In this document: in pieces, positions 51,075-64,000 of the stretch
How positions within the stretch are numbered: the stretch's first letter is position 1
How the letters are laid out: the number at the start of each line of letters is the position of its first letter
Assembly (NCBI RefSeq): GCF_006345805.1
Contig: NC_043006.1
Location: 48,546,001 to 48,610,000, forward strand
Length of the DNA stretch: 64,000 nucleotides
Origin: Octopus sinensis
Taxonomy: Eukaryota
Reading direction: 5' to 3'
The notes under the pieces: model-generated
Told to the model about the DNA's origin: nothing
The model's input: only the letters and a program-made list of their open reading frames with translations
Databases searched by the model: none
Position numbers and translations under genes: made by a program

Positions 51075-52832
51075 CTGGAATCGTTGACCACAGAACACTT
51101 ACTCTCTGGATGGTTTTTCAGTGCTATCTTGTGTATGACAAGATTATATTCTTCCCCTGGTTATCCTCAACCGATTTTAGATTAGGTGCTCTGTATCCTT
51201 GTATGTCAAAAGAAATGACTAAAGGTATTTGCTAAAGGTATTTGCAACAGGAAGGACATCTGGCCATAAAACACAGCCTCAGAAAAACGCATTTAGCCTA
51301 TGCTGTCATGAAAAAAGCAGGTTTAAAATTATGATGATAATGAGGATATCAATGATTTGAACATATCCATGTTAATGTAATGATACAGGCCATGCAAACC
51401 ATACAGTAGAACAACAGTATACCACAACGCCACCCAAGACCGCATTTATGCTAATGGAAGTCAACCAACATGTAAAATTTCTTCAATGAGGGAGAAAAAG
51501 TATTCTTCTCGTTAGTGTGTAATTACGTAACAAGCCTACTGTCATTGTCCATTATCTTCAATAATGCTGTCCAGAGTCATCTAGTGGACACCACCTTCCA
51601 TTTAGGCATGCATTTTATTTAATTAACTCTACACTTCACTGCAAACTTTGTGGCTCTGTAGCTACCATTTCCTTTTCTTTTTGCATTGCCCCTTTTAATT
51701 GGGTCTGCTTTTAGAGAAAGAGAGAGGAAAGTGAGGAGACTTAAGTATATGTGATTGAGCAATAGGATGAATGTATAGTATGCGTTTAAAGACAGACAAT
51801 ATTTATGTGCCAGAATTGTGTTCATCAACTGATGTGTTACTTCACTTGTCATCAGAACCCCATGGTGGCTCAGTAGTGTAGGAATGGAGACAACTAGGAC
51901 TCTACAGCACCATGCTAGCCCAATGCATGTTGGTACTGATCAGCAGCTTATTACATTGGTCCCCAGTATTTTGCTGGTACATTATTTTATTAACCCTGGA
52001 AGGATGAAAAGCAAAGTCATGACCCTAGCATGAATTTGAACTCAGAACATAAAGAGCCAGTGTAAATACCTTGTTGTATTTAATCCAATGCTACCACTCT
52101 TTGTTTGTGGTTCAGAATTCTGCTCCCCAATCAAATGGTTTTGGGCTTGGTTCCACTGTGTGGCTTCTTGGGCAAATGTCTTCTACTATAGCCCTAGGCC
52201 GACTAAAGCCTTGAAAATGGATTTGGTTGAAGAAACTGATACATACTTGTATATGTGTGAGTGTGAATATGTTTGTGTTTCTTTTTACCTAGTTGTAAAT
52301 GAATGTCACTGTCATACAAGCAGTGTTGTTCATTTCAAATATTCTGCGAGACCATATCTGGCCACAGGAAAATATTAACCTCGTTTGAAAACGGGCGAGG
52401 ATTCTTGACAGGAAGACCATCTAGCCATTTCTCTGCTTCAGTTAACCCTGCCTGGCCCACGCAACAATACGACATTAAAATAATGATGATGATGATGATA
52501 TCCCAACAAGATGAACTTATGCCGTTCTGTCTTTGAGGAGTCATAAAATATAAGTACCCATCAGATGGTACCCAAAATCAGTAGCCTTCTGTCCTACATT
52601 AGAAAACGCTTCGTAAGCAGCATCATCAGGTTGGCTGAGAAAAGACCTTGTGGGGTTTAGTTATAGCGCTTTATGTTCTGAGACAAAATCTTGCTGAGGT
52701 CAGCTTTGCCTTTCATCTTTTTTGGAGTTGATGAAATATAGTACTAGTCAAGTACCAAAATTATTGTAATTGACTACCCCCTACCATCCTCCACCTCTCC
52801 TTGTGCCTAAATTATGAACAATTATTATCATC

Positions 52833-52871
<39 letters not shown>

Positions 52872-53774
52872 TTATAAATTTCTCAAGTCTTTCACTTCCC
52901 ACACTTTTCACTTCATTCTCAGATGTCGGTCCTTACCAAAAATAGATCTTTATTCCAGCTCACCACAATCACTGCAAGTTAACTGGCTAATGATTTACAC
53001 ACACTGTGGCTGCCCCAGACTTGGTCTGACCTCCCATTTCCACAGAGGTTAGTCCAGGATACTCCCTGATCCCCTGAACTGAGCATGTTAATTCTAATCT
53101 CCACCACATATTTATTCATTCATCCAACCATCCAGTTCTCTCCTGTAACAACATCCTGTTTTCCTTTCGCTAAGCCAAATATTTTTCTAGCCATCTTCTT
53201 TGGCTGAGATTCCACTCCCATATCATTGCCGTTCTATTGCAAACAGCCAAGACCTATTACACTTTTCTCTGTGTGTATGTAGAGATGTGTGCATATGTGT
53301 GTGTAGAAGTGTACATATATATATATATATACACATACACACATGCATGTGTGCTAGAATGGTTGTGTGTGTGTATGTTTCAGCTATAGTTGGCAACATG
53401 GAACCGATTTTCCTTGTTCTCTTTATACCAAAGACTGTCCTGCAGGAAGTTTTTACTCTGTAAAATTCATTTGGTAAATAATTAGCATTTTAAGGAACTC
53501 ATTAAAATTTGTTGGGACAGAAACGTATTTTGATGATGGTGATGATGGTGGTAGCAAATTAAAATGTGTTCTCATCAATAATGTTTATCTTTGGGTAAGG
53601 TTAAAGAAAAAATGAAGAAGTTCTATTGCAAAGCAGAAAGGGGTGGAATGGAGGAATTCTTTTGCTGTGTGGTGATATTCATTCATGCCTTTCCTAAGAT
53701 CATTTAGAAGTATAAGCAAATATTGTGAAATTGGTATTTGCAACCAAGAATATTTTCTTTAAAATAAAAAAATA

Positions 53775-54185
53775 GGCGTAGGAGTGGCTGTGTGGTAAGT
53801 AGCTTGCTTACCAACCACATGGTTCCGGGTTCAGTCCCACTGCGTGGCACCTTGAGCGAGTGTCTTCTGCTATAGCCTCGGGCCAACCAAAGCCTTGTGA
53901 GTGGATTTGGTAGACGGAAACTGAAAGAAGCCCATCGTATATATGTATATATACATGTGTGTGTTTGTATGTTTGTGTGGTGTCTGTGTTTGTTCCCCCA
54001 GCATAGCTTGGAAACCAATTCTGGTGTGTTTACATCCCGTAACTTAGCAGTTCAGCAAAAGAGACCGATAGAATAAGTACTAGGCTTACAAAGAATAAGT
54101 CCTGGGGGTCGATTTGCTCGACTAAAACGCGGTGCTCCAGCATGGCCTCAGTCAATTGACTAAAACAAGTAAAAGAGTAAGAGTA
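53775..54185 (+). mobile_element. Young full-length family A SINE
   Basis: Near-consensus with CpGs intact despite lying in the CpG-poor domain; an older copy follows at ~54275-54640. Confidence 0.92.
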
Positions 54186-54649
54186 TTGTTTCTTTCTTAT
54201 CTGGATACTCACTACAGACCAGCACCGGTCCATGGACCACCTCTTTGAGTAGCACTGGTGTACATGATTGGTGCCCGTGTGGCTGTGTGATGACACAGCT
54301 CGCTTTGCAACTGCATGGTATCTGGTTCAGATCCACTGCGTGGCATTTTGGGCAAGTGTCTACTACTGTAGCCCTGTGACAACCAATGCTTTGTAGATGG
54401 ATTTGGTAGGTGGAAACTGAAAGAAACCTTTCGTGTTAGATGTGTGTGCATGTGTCTTCACAACTGCTTGGCAGTCTGTGTTGGTTTGTTTACATCCCCA
54501 TAACTTAGCAGTTTGGTTTAAAAAGGAAAAAGGATCAGTTGAATAAATACCAAAAAATAAAATAAGTTTGACTAAAACTCTTCAAGGTGGGGCCCCAGGA
54601 TGGCTGCAACCCAATGACTGAGACAAAAGAAAAGGAAAAAGATCCCCTT

Positions 54650-55800
54650 CCTGTCATTCTATTACTCTATATCTCACTTCATCATCATTCACTGCTTCTC
54701 CTCCTCCTCCCTGATCACTCCTTGTGTCTCTCTCCAGAACCCTTGGTCTCTCTCTCTCTCCCCCCTCTCTCTATCTCTCACTCTTTCTCTCATTTTCACT
54801 CTCTCATTCTCTTTCACTCACACTCTGTCTCTCACTTTCTTTCATTCACTCTCTCCCTCTCAGTTTGTTTGCCTCTCTCTCACACTATGTCTCTCTCTCT
54901 CTCTCTTTCTCTAATGGTGTGTATGTCTCTCTCTCTCTATCTCCTATTTCCCCTCCCCCATTCTCTTCTCACTGCACATTCCATATCCTGCTCTTTCTCT
55001 TTTTCTTCTCTTCCAAACCCATACATATTCTATATTATCTTTATCCCTACAACCACCACCACCATCACCAACCTCAGCACTTTATTCACCACCAGCCCCA
55101 CCGTCACCACTGCCACCACCAACCCTATTCTATCACTTCAGCCACCCAGTTTCTCTTGATGACTGGTCCTTGATTACTTAATTACAAAATCTCTGCTGCC
55201 CCGCAGGCATCAATTCACTCAACATTGCCCACCACGTTAGAACAACTCCCTCCAGACTCGGCCCACCAGAACACCTACCACAGATACCCCTCTCTCACAG
55301 TTATCCTCTAGCTCTGCCCTACTGCCCACACCACCAACATGCCCCCTAACACTCCCCCACACTCACACACACACATGCACACTCACCTTACATGCCAACC
55401 CACCTCTACTCCCCTTTACATTCATTACCCACCACAATGCATCGCTCTGCACTGCCCACCCCAGCTATAAAACCGCCTACCCCAGCTATAAAATCTTCTC
55501 CCCCAAACCACACTGCCTACCACAACTCCTCCTTCTCGTTACCCACCTTAATTTCCACCTCCACTCTCTACAATGCTACTGCTACTACTACTACTACTAC
55601 TACTACTACCACTGGCAGAGCTCTCGGGTCCCACCCACTGCACCCAGCCAGCCGCTATACAAACTGTCTGCCCACCATAGCATATCATTCAAATCGCGCA
55701 CACAAACTGTCCTCGCGTACCAACCACAGCTCATCCCACCCAACTGCAATACTACCTGCCAGAACTACCCACTACATCTCCCTTTAATCAAGACCCAGAC
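54650..55800. repeat. Long degenerate (CT)/(CCA)/(CA)-rich low-complexity tract
   Basis: Strong C-rich, G-poor skew on +; generates S/L/H/P/T-rich pseudo-ORFs. Confidence 0.85.
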
Positions 55801-56594
55801 CGACCGACTGCCACCCAAACTTACACACACACACACACACACTCACAGATTTTCAACAGCAATTTCAAGAATTAAAAGAAAATTTTGAAATAAATACAAT
55901 AGACAACAGAATAATATTTCCAAAGCTTCGTTCTTTTTCACTGCTGTCCTTCCCTCATTTTGCCTCAATTTTGAGTTTAAAAAAAATATAAAGCTTATTA
56001 AATGATGACGCTGCATTTTCAAATCAGCTAATTTTTTTTTTTTTTCAAGATTTTTCTGACGAAATTCATATTCAATCAAAATAAAACGATTTTTGACATT
56101 CATTTATTATGTATTTTTATATATTTTGTGGGGAGTTTTTTTTTTCAACTTTTTTTTTTTTTACAAAATAAAAAAAAAACTTAATGACTGATTTTAATCA
56201 AAGATTTATTCAACTTTTATAATAATTATTTTTGTTGTCTATTTTTTAGAATTTTATTTTTTTTATTTTATTTGAAAACTTCAGTCTTCATCTGCATTTT
56301 GTTACAAATGCTATTCACTCAGTGGTCCCTAGCAATAATTGACTATTTAAATGACAATAACAATATCTGAAAAGAGTTAACGAATAAATAAATAAATAAA
56401 TAAATCTGATCATGCACTCACGCTTGTCTGAATGCACACATGTGTGTGTGTATTACCAATTCACAATTTTGCAGCATCATTATGTATGTGTGTGCACACA
56501 CACACACATATATAGGTGCAGGCATGGCTGTGTGGTAAGAACCTTGCTTCCCAACCACATGGTTCCAGGTTCAGTCCCACTGTGTAGCACCTTG

Positions 56595-56606
56595 TATGTG
56601 TGTGTG

Positions 56607-56637
<31 letters not shown>

Positions 56638-56644
56638 ATATATG

Positions 56645-56675
<31 letters not shown>

Positions 56676-56689
56676 ATATATATATGTAC

Positions 56690-56723
<34 letters not shown>

Positions 56724-56738
56724 ATGTATATATATATA

Positions 56739-56811
<73 letters not shown>

Positions 56812-56815
56812 CACA
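56595..56815. repeat. Compound (TA)n/(TG)n microsatellite between two oppositely oriented family A heads
   Basis: Alternating TA and TG runs; a family A head on + at ~56515-56594 and on - at ~56816-56965. Confidence 0.9.
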
Positions 56816-56960
56816 TGATGGGGGTCCTTTCAGTTTCCATCTATCAAATACACTCACAAGTTTTTGGTCGGACCGAGGATATAGTAGAAGATACTTGCCC
56901 AAGGCACCACACATTAGGACTGAACCCAGAACCATGTGGTTGGTAAGCAAGCTACTTACT

Positions 56961-57005
<45 letters not shown>

Positions 57006-57852
57006 TGGTAAACATGTGTGAATGTACAAACAAAATCCTTCTTACACAATTGAAAAGCCATCAATCCAACCACACACGCACACACATCTATTCATAGAAT
57101 ACAAGCACACTGAAGCATACAAATACACCCACACGTAAACACACTAACGCACTTACATATACACGCAAGCACACCCATACATACAAGAAACAGTGAAAGG
57201 AAAACTGATTTATTTTCACATTAGCCAAATTAGGGAGTTAGCCAAAGTGGGTAATTTGCTGATTTATGAACACAACCAATGCATTAGTCTGGGCATTAAG
57301 GGCTTACTTCTAACCCTTTCCTACCACTGCACTCAGTAAACATTGAACATTTTGAATCGCAAGATACTGTGTGTCTTCACAATTCTTCCTCTCTCCTAAT
57401 ATCTTCTCTTCTGTTAAGGCAGCGAGCTGGCAGAAATGTTAGCACGCCGGACAAAATGCTTGGAGGTATTTCATGTCTTTGCATTCTGAGTTCAAATTCC
57501 GCCGAGATCAACTTTGCCTTTCGTCCTTTCGGCGTTGATAAATTAAGTACCAGTTGTGTACTGCAGTCGATCTAATCGACTGACACCCCCACTCCCCCAA
57601 AATTTCAGGCCTTGTGCCTAGAGTAGAAAAGAATATTTCCTCTTCTGTGTCATTGTAACTTATAGATAAAGCATGTTTATATTTTAGAGGACGTTTTTGT
57701 TTTTAAAATTTTGTAATCAGAAGAGAAACTGTTCTTGTTTAACACCAGGTCAGCAATCAGAGCATACCTGCAAGAAACCATTCTTTTTTCTTTGTTTTTT
57801 TTTTTTTTATCATAGAGAAGGAGGGAGATGTGTGTGTATGTATATATATATA

Positions 57853-58007
57853 CAAAAATTTAAGAGGAATGACCACTGAAGTGGACACCTAATATGCTAA
57901 ACATAGATGTCAAATCGCCATTACCATGAAGAATGTGTTCTCAAGTAAAATCTCAGTAAAACGTCTTTATTAGGTGTCCACTTCAGTGGTCATTCCTCTT
58001 AAATTTG
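57853..58007. mobile_element. 155-bp MITE with ~39-bp perfect inverted repeats and TA TSD
   Basis: AAATTTAAGAGGAATGACCACTGAAGTGGACACCTAATA ... TATTAGGTGTCCACTTCAGTGGTCATTCCTCTTAAATTT; TA at 57851-57852 and 58008-58009. Confidence 0.88.
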
Positions 58008-58096
58008 TATTTAACAGAATTTTTAATCTTGGGATTTTTTAAATATGCTAAGCCACTGGTTTTAATTGATTAACATCAATTTCTACCCTTATTATG

Positions 58097-58189
<93 letters not shown>

Positions 58190-58445
58190 GCATGCACAAC
58201 ACATGCTATATGTCCTGAAACTCTCACATATGTAAATAGACATGCACACACACACACACCATTCTGACCCTGTACTGTCTATTATTATTTCTTCCTTTAA
58301 TCCTTAGTATTATTATTGTTTTCCATTTCCTTTTACAACCTTAACAACCCCTAACCACCACCTACGCCACCCCACACACTCCACCATCCCTCATCGAAGG
58401 CTTCTTACATCACACAATCACCAAACATCCAAATATGCTAACTAA

Positions 58446-58487
<42 letters not shown>

Positions 58488-59320
58488 TGACACACATCCA
58501 CTTCCATGTGCATCTGCTGAACATACCTTGGGTATTCTGTCTCTACTGCACTGCCTCCCTACCGCCACTCTCTCTCTTTCTCTTTATCTCTCCTCTCTCC
58601 GTCTCTCCTCTCTCCATCTCATGCCATTTTTTCCTTTCCATTGGTCTTGCCCCCCCCCCACTTTTTCTTTCCTTTTATTTCTGTCTGTGTCCCCTGGCCC
58701 CCCTAAGCTCTGCACATATCAACCCTCTCATTCTGATACTTCTTTTTCCTTACCCATATTGCTTTTAAGATATTTAAATTGCCTAATCGTAACAACCTGC
58801 CCCCTGTCCCACCCGCTTCCTCCCCCTCCTCCCGGCAATGTCTTTACATGAGGGCCAAGTGCAATGTAAGGTAATGAAAACACCCCCGTCCCCACCCCAC
58901 TCCCACCCCCACCTAACCCAGTTTGTAACCAGTGCTACTTGTCTACATACAACATGAAAAGAACTTCTTCCCCAGTCATAGCGAACACAGTATCCGGTCT
59001 TCTCCACCCAACCAGTCCACCCCTATTTCAAGACATAGCTATTGCTGCTCTCCAAAGCAGCACTTCACTTCATACACTGTCTATTTACTTCTGTCTGCTT
59101 TCTTAATTTTCTTTTCTTTTTCGCTTTCTTGCTTTCTCTCTTTCTTTCTTAATCCATTCTGTCACCAAAATCCCTTTAAGGCATCTGTTTTTCTTGCCTT
59201 TTAAATAATGCATTACCAGCGACCCTTGCCTCTCGCTACCCCATTAATATTCTTCCAACAAATGCTCTGTGTTTTACACCCACAGACTTGCTTCAAATTA
59301 TCAATATAAAAGGAATATAT

Positions 59321-59355
<35 letters not shown>

Positions 59356-59689
59356 CTGTCCTTTTGTTAAGCTGTTTCTTTGTAAGAATGAAAAATTCAT
59401 GTAGGAAAATCCATTTTCTACCAAAGAATTCCAGGATTCATATGAGATGAAAAACTATTTAAACATTTGTGCTGTGATATCCTGGAATGCACATTAATAC
59501 ATGATCTCTACAACAGGTTTGATTACTCTCTAATTCGTTTTCCTTTCTCTTCTCTTCCAACTGGAGTATCCGTGTATCTACTCTACACCAAGACACCTAT
59601 CTCTGTCTTTTCTATATCTTTAATCTCTCAACTGGCTCAAAGCCCCCCCCCCTTCCAGTACTGACCTCCCCTCCCAGTTGAGGAGTTTT

Positions 59690-59935
59690 TGTCTTGCAAG
59701 TCACTTGGTGACCCTGTTGGTGATGATGCCATGTAAAAAGCACCAGTGCTGGGACCATGTAAAAAGCACCCAGTACACTCTGTAAAGTGGTTAGCATTAG
59801 GAAGGGCATCCAGATGTCGAAACCATGCCAAAACAGACCATGGGACCTGATGTGGCTCTTGGCCTTGCCAGCCTGTCAAACCATCCAACCCATACCAGCA
59901 TGGAAAATGGAGGTTAAGTGGTGATGATGATAATA
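59690..59935 (+). mobile_element. SINE family C (another copy at ~60815-61010)
   Basis: GTAAAAAGCACCCAG..TTAGGAAGGGCATCCAG..CCATCCAACCCA..CAGCATGGAAA..(GAT)n. Confidence 0.8.
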
Positions 59936-61118
59936 TCAGTTCTATAGTATCTTTACAAGACTTGAACTCATCACGCCAAATACTGCAATGTGTCTTGGAG
60001 AATAAACAAAAATTTTGGGTTAAGAATCTCACTTTTGCAACCACATGGTTTTGGGTTCCTGGAGCTGTAGCAGAAGATGCTTGACCAAGGTGTCACACTC
60101 TGGAACTGAATGCAAAAAACAATGTGGTTGTGATGCAAACCTTTTAACCACACAGCTGTACTTTCACCTCTTTCATAGAAAATTATGCTGGAATGTTTTA
60201 ATTTAAATATGAACACTTTAAAAACGAGGAACTTTGCATCAAAGAACTTCTGATTCTTTTGTATGAAAGGACCAAAGCTAGCCACAAATGGGCTCGTATC
60301 AAAAGAGCTAAAGTATTATTCCATTTTTCACATTATATATATATATATATATATATATTGAAAGAGAGAGAGAGAGATAAAACGTGTTTTCTATCACCAT
60401 TTCACCTGATGCTGGAATTGTCCAACTTTAACTATCCAAACCAAAGAAAATATCATAGATTTATGTAGAAAGAATTGTATTGACATTTGGTATATTCCAA
60501 ATTCTATAAAGAAAAATTCCATATGGGGAAAAAAAATATCTTGAAAACACTGAAAATAATTTTTTGTGATATGATTCTGTATATCTTCAAAAGACTTTTT
60601 GGAAAAAGTGATTCTGTCAATATTTCCAATGTTCTAGAATAGCTCTGAGTTTAGACTAGAAATTGATGTAAAAACCTGTTTTTTGAATTGGGCAAAAAAA
60701 AAAAAGAAAGAAATGATATAGGTTGAATGGTTCTGCCAATGTAGGCATTTGCATGAATTGTTTGGAACTCTGCATTCTGTGGAGTGGTGGTGGCATATTT
60801 CAAAGTAGAATTGATGCTGGTACCATGTAAAAAGCACCCAGTGCATTCCATAAAACAGTTGGCATTAAAAGAAGGGCATCCAGCTGTAGAAACCATGCCG
60901 AAGCTGACAGTAGAGCTCTGTGTAGTCCTCTGGTTTGCCAGCTCCAGTCAAATTATACAATCCATGACAGCATGGAAAGTGGATGTTAAACGATGATGAT
61001 GATGATGAATCATGTAATCAGTCCTTCTGTTGTATCCCAAACTCAAAAGATGCCCTACACAAAGCACTGTGTAGGAATTGCTTATCGATTTTACAGTACT
61101 ATTGGTGCCAGAAAAGGC

Positions 61119-61430
61119 GCAATGGACAGTGGAGACGCAATGGCCCAGTGGTTAGGGCAGAGGACTTGCGGTCGTAGGATCGCAGTTTCGATTCCCAGAC
61201 CGGGCATTGTGAGTGTTTATTGAGCGAAAACACCTAAAGCTCCACGAGGCTCCAGCAGGGAGTGGTGGTGATCCCTGCTGTACTCTTTCGCCATAACTTT
61301 CTCTCACTTTTTCTTCTGTTGGTCTACTCACTTAGCCAGCGGGGTGACGTCATTAGAAGGCTAAAACAATGCGAAGCGCATTGCGACCAGCGATGTGTAG
61401 CAACATCTGATAGCCTGGTCGGTCACGGTG
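61119..61430 (+). mobile_element. tRNA-derived SINE (family D head, different 3' module), nested in a family C remnant
   Basis: Head near-identical to 3267-3653; 18-bp TSD ATTGGTG(C/A)CAGAAAAGGC at 61101-61118 and 61431-61448. Confidence 0.88.
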
Positions 61431-62186
61431 ATTGGTGACAGAAAAGGCATCATGCCATAGGAAATCTGCTTCGATAAGCTCTGTCCAACCCATACAAGCA
61501 TGGAAAATTGGATGTTAAAATGATGATGTCTGTTGCTTACAGCTGTAAACTATCCCACCACTTAACTACTTAAGAATTACATGTATCATGCCATTAAGAT
61601 TTAACCCATTGCCAATCACGTTAGTCTGACAAATGTAATGCTTACTTATTCAAATTGTTTTGAATTAATCCTGCATTATGTTGTCTTAATATTTCGATAA
61701 TATGATTGTTTGTGTTAGAATGACAATGTAGGGTATGTGTGAGAGGATGGATCTGTCCAGTTTGAATATAAGACAGGTAGAATATTTGGGCCAGATATGG
61801 CCAGGTTAAATAATCGCTTTGCAATATAGTACTAATGACAATTATGTAAACTGAAGAAATCTTCTCTTGGCTCAACGACTGCCTGATCTGTCTTCTTGTC
61901 CACAGTTCTGAGTCTCTTTACAAATTCTAGTCATGTGACGTTTGTTAATTGTGCTTCAGTTTGATTAGCTTAATTAACTAAGGTTTCCATATTGCCTATA
62001 GACTGGTTGTTTTTAGTCAACTGTCTTTAATTTGGGATTCAGTGATTATCACCTTAATGAAACCAATTGAATAGATCCCTATCCAAATTATTCACTTGTG
62101 ACGAGAATAAACCTCTGTTCTTTTCTACTCTAAGCACAAGGCCCGAAATTTTGGGGGAGGGGGCCAGTCGATTAGTTATTATAACA

Positions 62187-62422
62187 TACCTATTTCTTTA
62201 TTACCCACAAGGGGCTAAACACAGAGGGGACAAACAAGGACAGACATAGGTATTAAGTCGATTCCATCGACCCCAGTGCGTAACTGGTACTTAATTTATC
62301 GACCCCGAAAGGATGAAAGGCAAAGTCGACCTCGGCGGAATTTGAACTCACAACGTAACGCAGACGAAATACCGCTAAGCATTTTGCCCGGCGTGCTAAC
62401 GTTTCTGCCAGCTCGCCGCCTT
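62187..62422 (-). mobile_element. Young SINE family B, single body unit
   Basis: Near-identical to the 17884-18308 unit and head; TTATTATAACATA repeated on both flanks. Confidence 0.9.
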
Positions 62423-62801
62423 ATATTTATTATAACATAGTTATTATAACATACCATCTACCCTAGTACTTCGTTTGTAACAAACAACCACTGCCTCTAT
62501 TTTATTTATTTTGATATATAACTCAATGACAAAAAAAACAGAAAATTAAGGTAGCCGCATAGCCACTACAGCTGTGCATATCGTTGAGTCTTGTGTCGTT
62601 TTTATTCAAGTATTTCACCAAAAATAGAAGAAAAAAAACTGTAAAAAGGTCGATTAAATTTATTCCATCTGTCAGCTCGATCACAAGAGATTCCTAAATC
62701 ATCCTTGTATGAAAAAAAAGATTATGATTGTTGTATCATGTCTGATTGTTATATCCCCGGCTGATGAGCAAGAAACATGCTTGTTTAATCTTTAATCTCA
62801 C

Positions 62802-62859
62802 CATTGTTTGAAGAACCTAAATGTCTCAAATCTCTTTAACCCAAGACATTCATCATATA
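62802..62859 (-). CDS. Candidate internal exon (58 nt): YDECLGLKRFETFRFFKQ
   Basis: Acceptor GATTCTTCTGATTAAG|, strong donor ATG|GTGAGA; one open frame with an in-frame stop immediately upstream of the acceptor. Confidence 0.4.
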
Positions 62860-63140
62860 CTTAATCAGAAGAATCACCAGAGAACAATGACAGTTTTTAA
62901 GAGATGTCTTTTTTTTTTGTTTTGATTTTTTTTTTTTTTTTCAAGCTATCAAATACACTTTCTTCTTATTTGGTTTATCTATTTATTTATTTATTATTTT
63001 TTTTGTTGAAATGTTCCCCTACGTCAAAAGTGTCTTCTGCAAAGAAGAGAACATGACACGTTAAAGTTCCATCACCCCTCATCACTTCCTGTTACATACG
63101 ACATATACATCATTTAAGAAACGAACACCACAAAAAAAAA

Positions 63141-63182
<42 letters not shown>

Positions 63183-63349
63183 CACTATATAATAACATTT
63201 TTAAGTTTATATCGTTTCTTAACGTCATTAATTAAAATCTTCTCTTCTGCTTCCTTGTTTTCTAAACATTCTTAATAAAACTTTGAACGACACCTAATTC
63301 TCCCCCCTCCCCACTACTCTCTTCTTCTTTTTCTTCTTCCACCTCTGCA

Positions 63350-63490
63350 AACACACACACACACGCACGCACGCACGCACGCGCGCGCGCATTACTCGAA
63401 CAGTTAATGTTTTAGTATAGCTGCCATGTTGACAGTTTAATAATGCCGATGGAACGAACGACGGTTAAAACTGTTGAGGCACATTCAATA
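63350..63490 (-). promoter_or_regulatory. Candidate CpG-rich promoter / first exon of the minus-strand gene
   Basis: CpG cluster with (CACG)n(CG)n; minus strand CAACATGGCAGC (YY1-like, ATG in strong context but the ORF is only MAAILKH*), followed by a possible donor CGA|GTAATG at ~63395. Confidence 0.3.
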
Positions 63491-64000
63491 AGCAAGTTTA
63501 AATTGTCCTTTCCCTACCAATAACGCTATACTTATTTCCACTATTACATGTTGGTTGTCATAATAATAATATAAATAGAATATATCAGCCTTCTCCTTAG
63601 TTTCATTTAAAAAAAAAAAACTAACTAGTTTCGGTATTTTCAGTTATTAAATCAGGTTAATGGGACACCCAGGTGTGTGCTGTCTTATACCTTATCACTC
63701 TTAGATCAACAATATAATAAGGTTAGATGGATAAACAGAGAAAGAGACGGACAGACAGACAGATAGACACTGACATACACCCCACCGCCACCAGCTCTCT
63801 TCCCATTTCTCTCCTTTTCCTCTTTCACTGTCTCTCTTCTGTTTTCTTCTACTTCCTTTCTTGCTCCTCTTCTTTTCTCTCTCCCTTTCTTAACTCTACA
63901 CCTCTCTGTCTTCCTTCCTCTCTCTCCTGTTCTCTGTCTCTCTTTCCGCTTTCTCTCTTTCTCTCCCTCCTGTAGACTTCATCTGCCTTATTCAACCACC

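Noticed and set aside
52937-53080. Two strong minus-strand donors (52937, 52964)
   Set aside because: All three frames upstream contain stops; the sequence looks like decayed TE.
55843-56103. 86-aa minus ORF ending at a GTGAGT donor
   Set aside because: It depends on long homopolymers and has no usable acceptor. At most a non-coding exon.
56412-57085. Several 70-200 aa ORFs rich in Y/I/C/V/H/T
   Set aside because: These are translations of (TA)n/(TG)n microsatellites. The same applies to 18763-19132, 38764-39158 and 54587-55787.

Overview
AT-rich, repeat-dense animal genomic DNA. The abundant tRNA-derived SINE families resemble those I recall from Octopus; this is from memory, not a database search. 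There is no prokaryotic-style system, CRISPR array, intact tRNA/rRNA gene or long authentic ORF, and most ORF-track entries are microsatellite or SINE artefacts. Supported content: four or five SINE families (many nested), several MITEs (TA-, TTAA- and 8-bp-TSD types), a non-autonomous Helitron, a 3' RTE-type LINE fragment, a small mariner derivative, an 890-bp fold-back element built from two 3' ends of a DD41D (rosa-type) Tc1/mariner transposon, a 5S rRNA-derived fragment, two TE-scale tandem arrays and a near-perfect ~1.72-kb tandem duplication with (CA)n breakpoints. A sharp CpG-depleted domain from ~19 to ~61 kb suggests a methylated gene body. In and just beyond it I find phase-compatible minus-strand exon candidates (62.8, 51.0, 43.4, 40.1 and 33.3 kb) and a candidate CpG-rich promoter at ~63.4 kb, but I cannot name the protein. 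I could not support a genuinely new biological system. Coordinates were read by hand, and SINE edges are approximate (about +/-15 bp).
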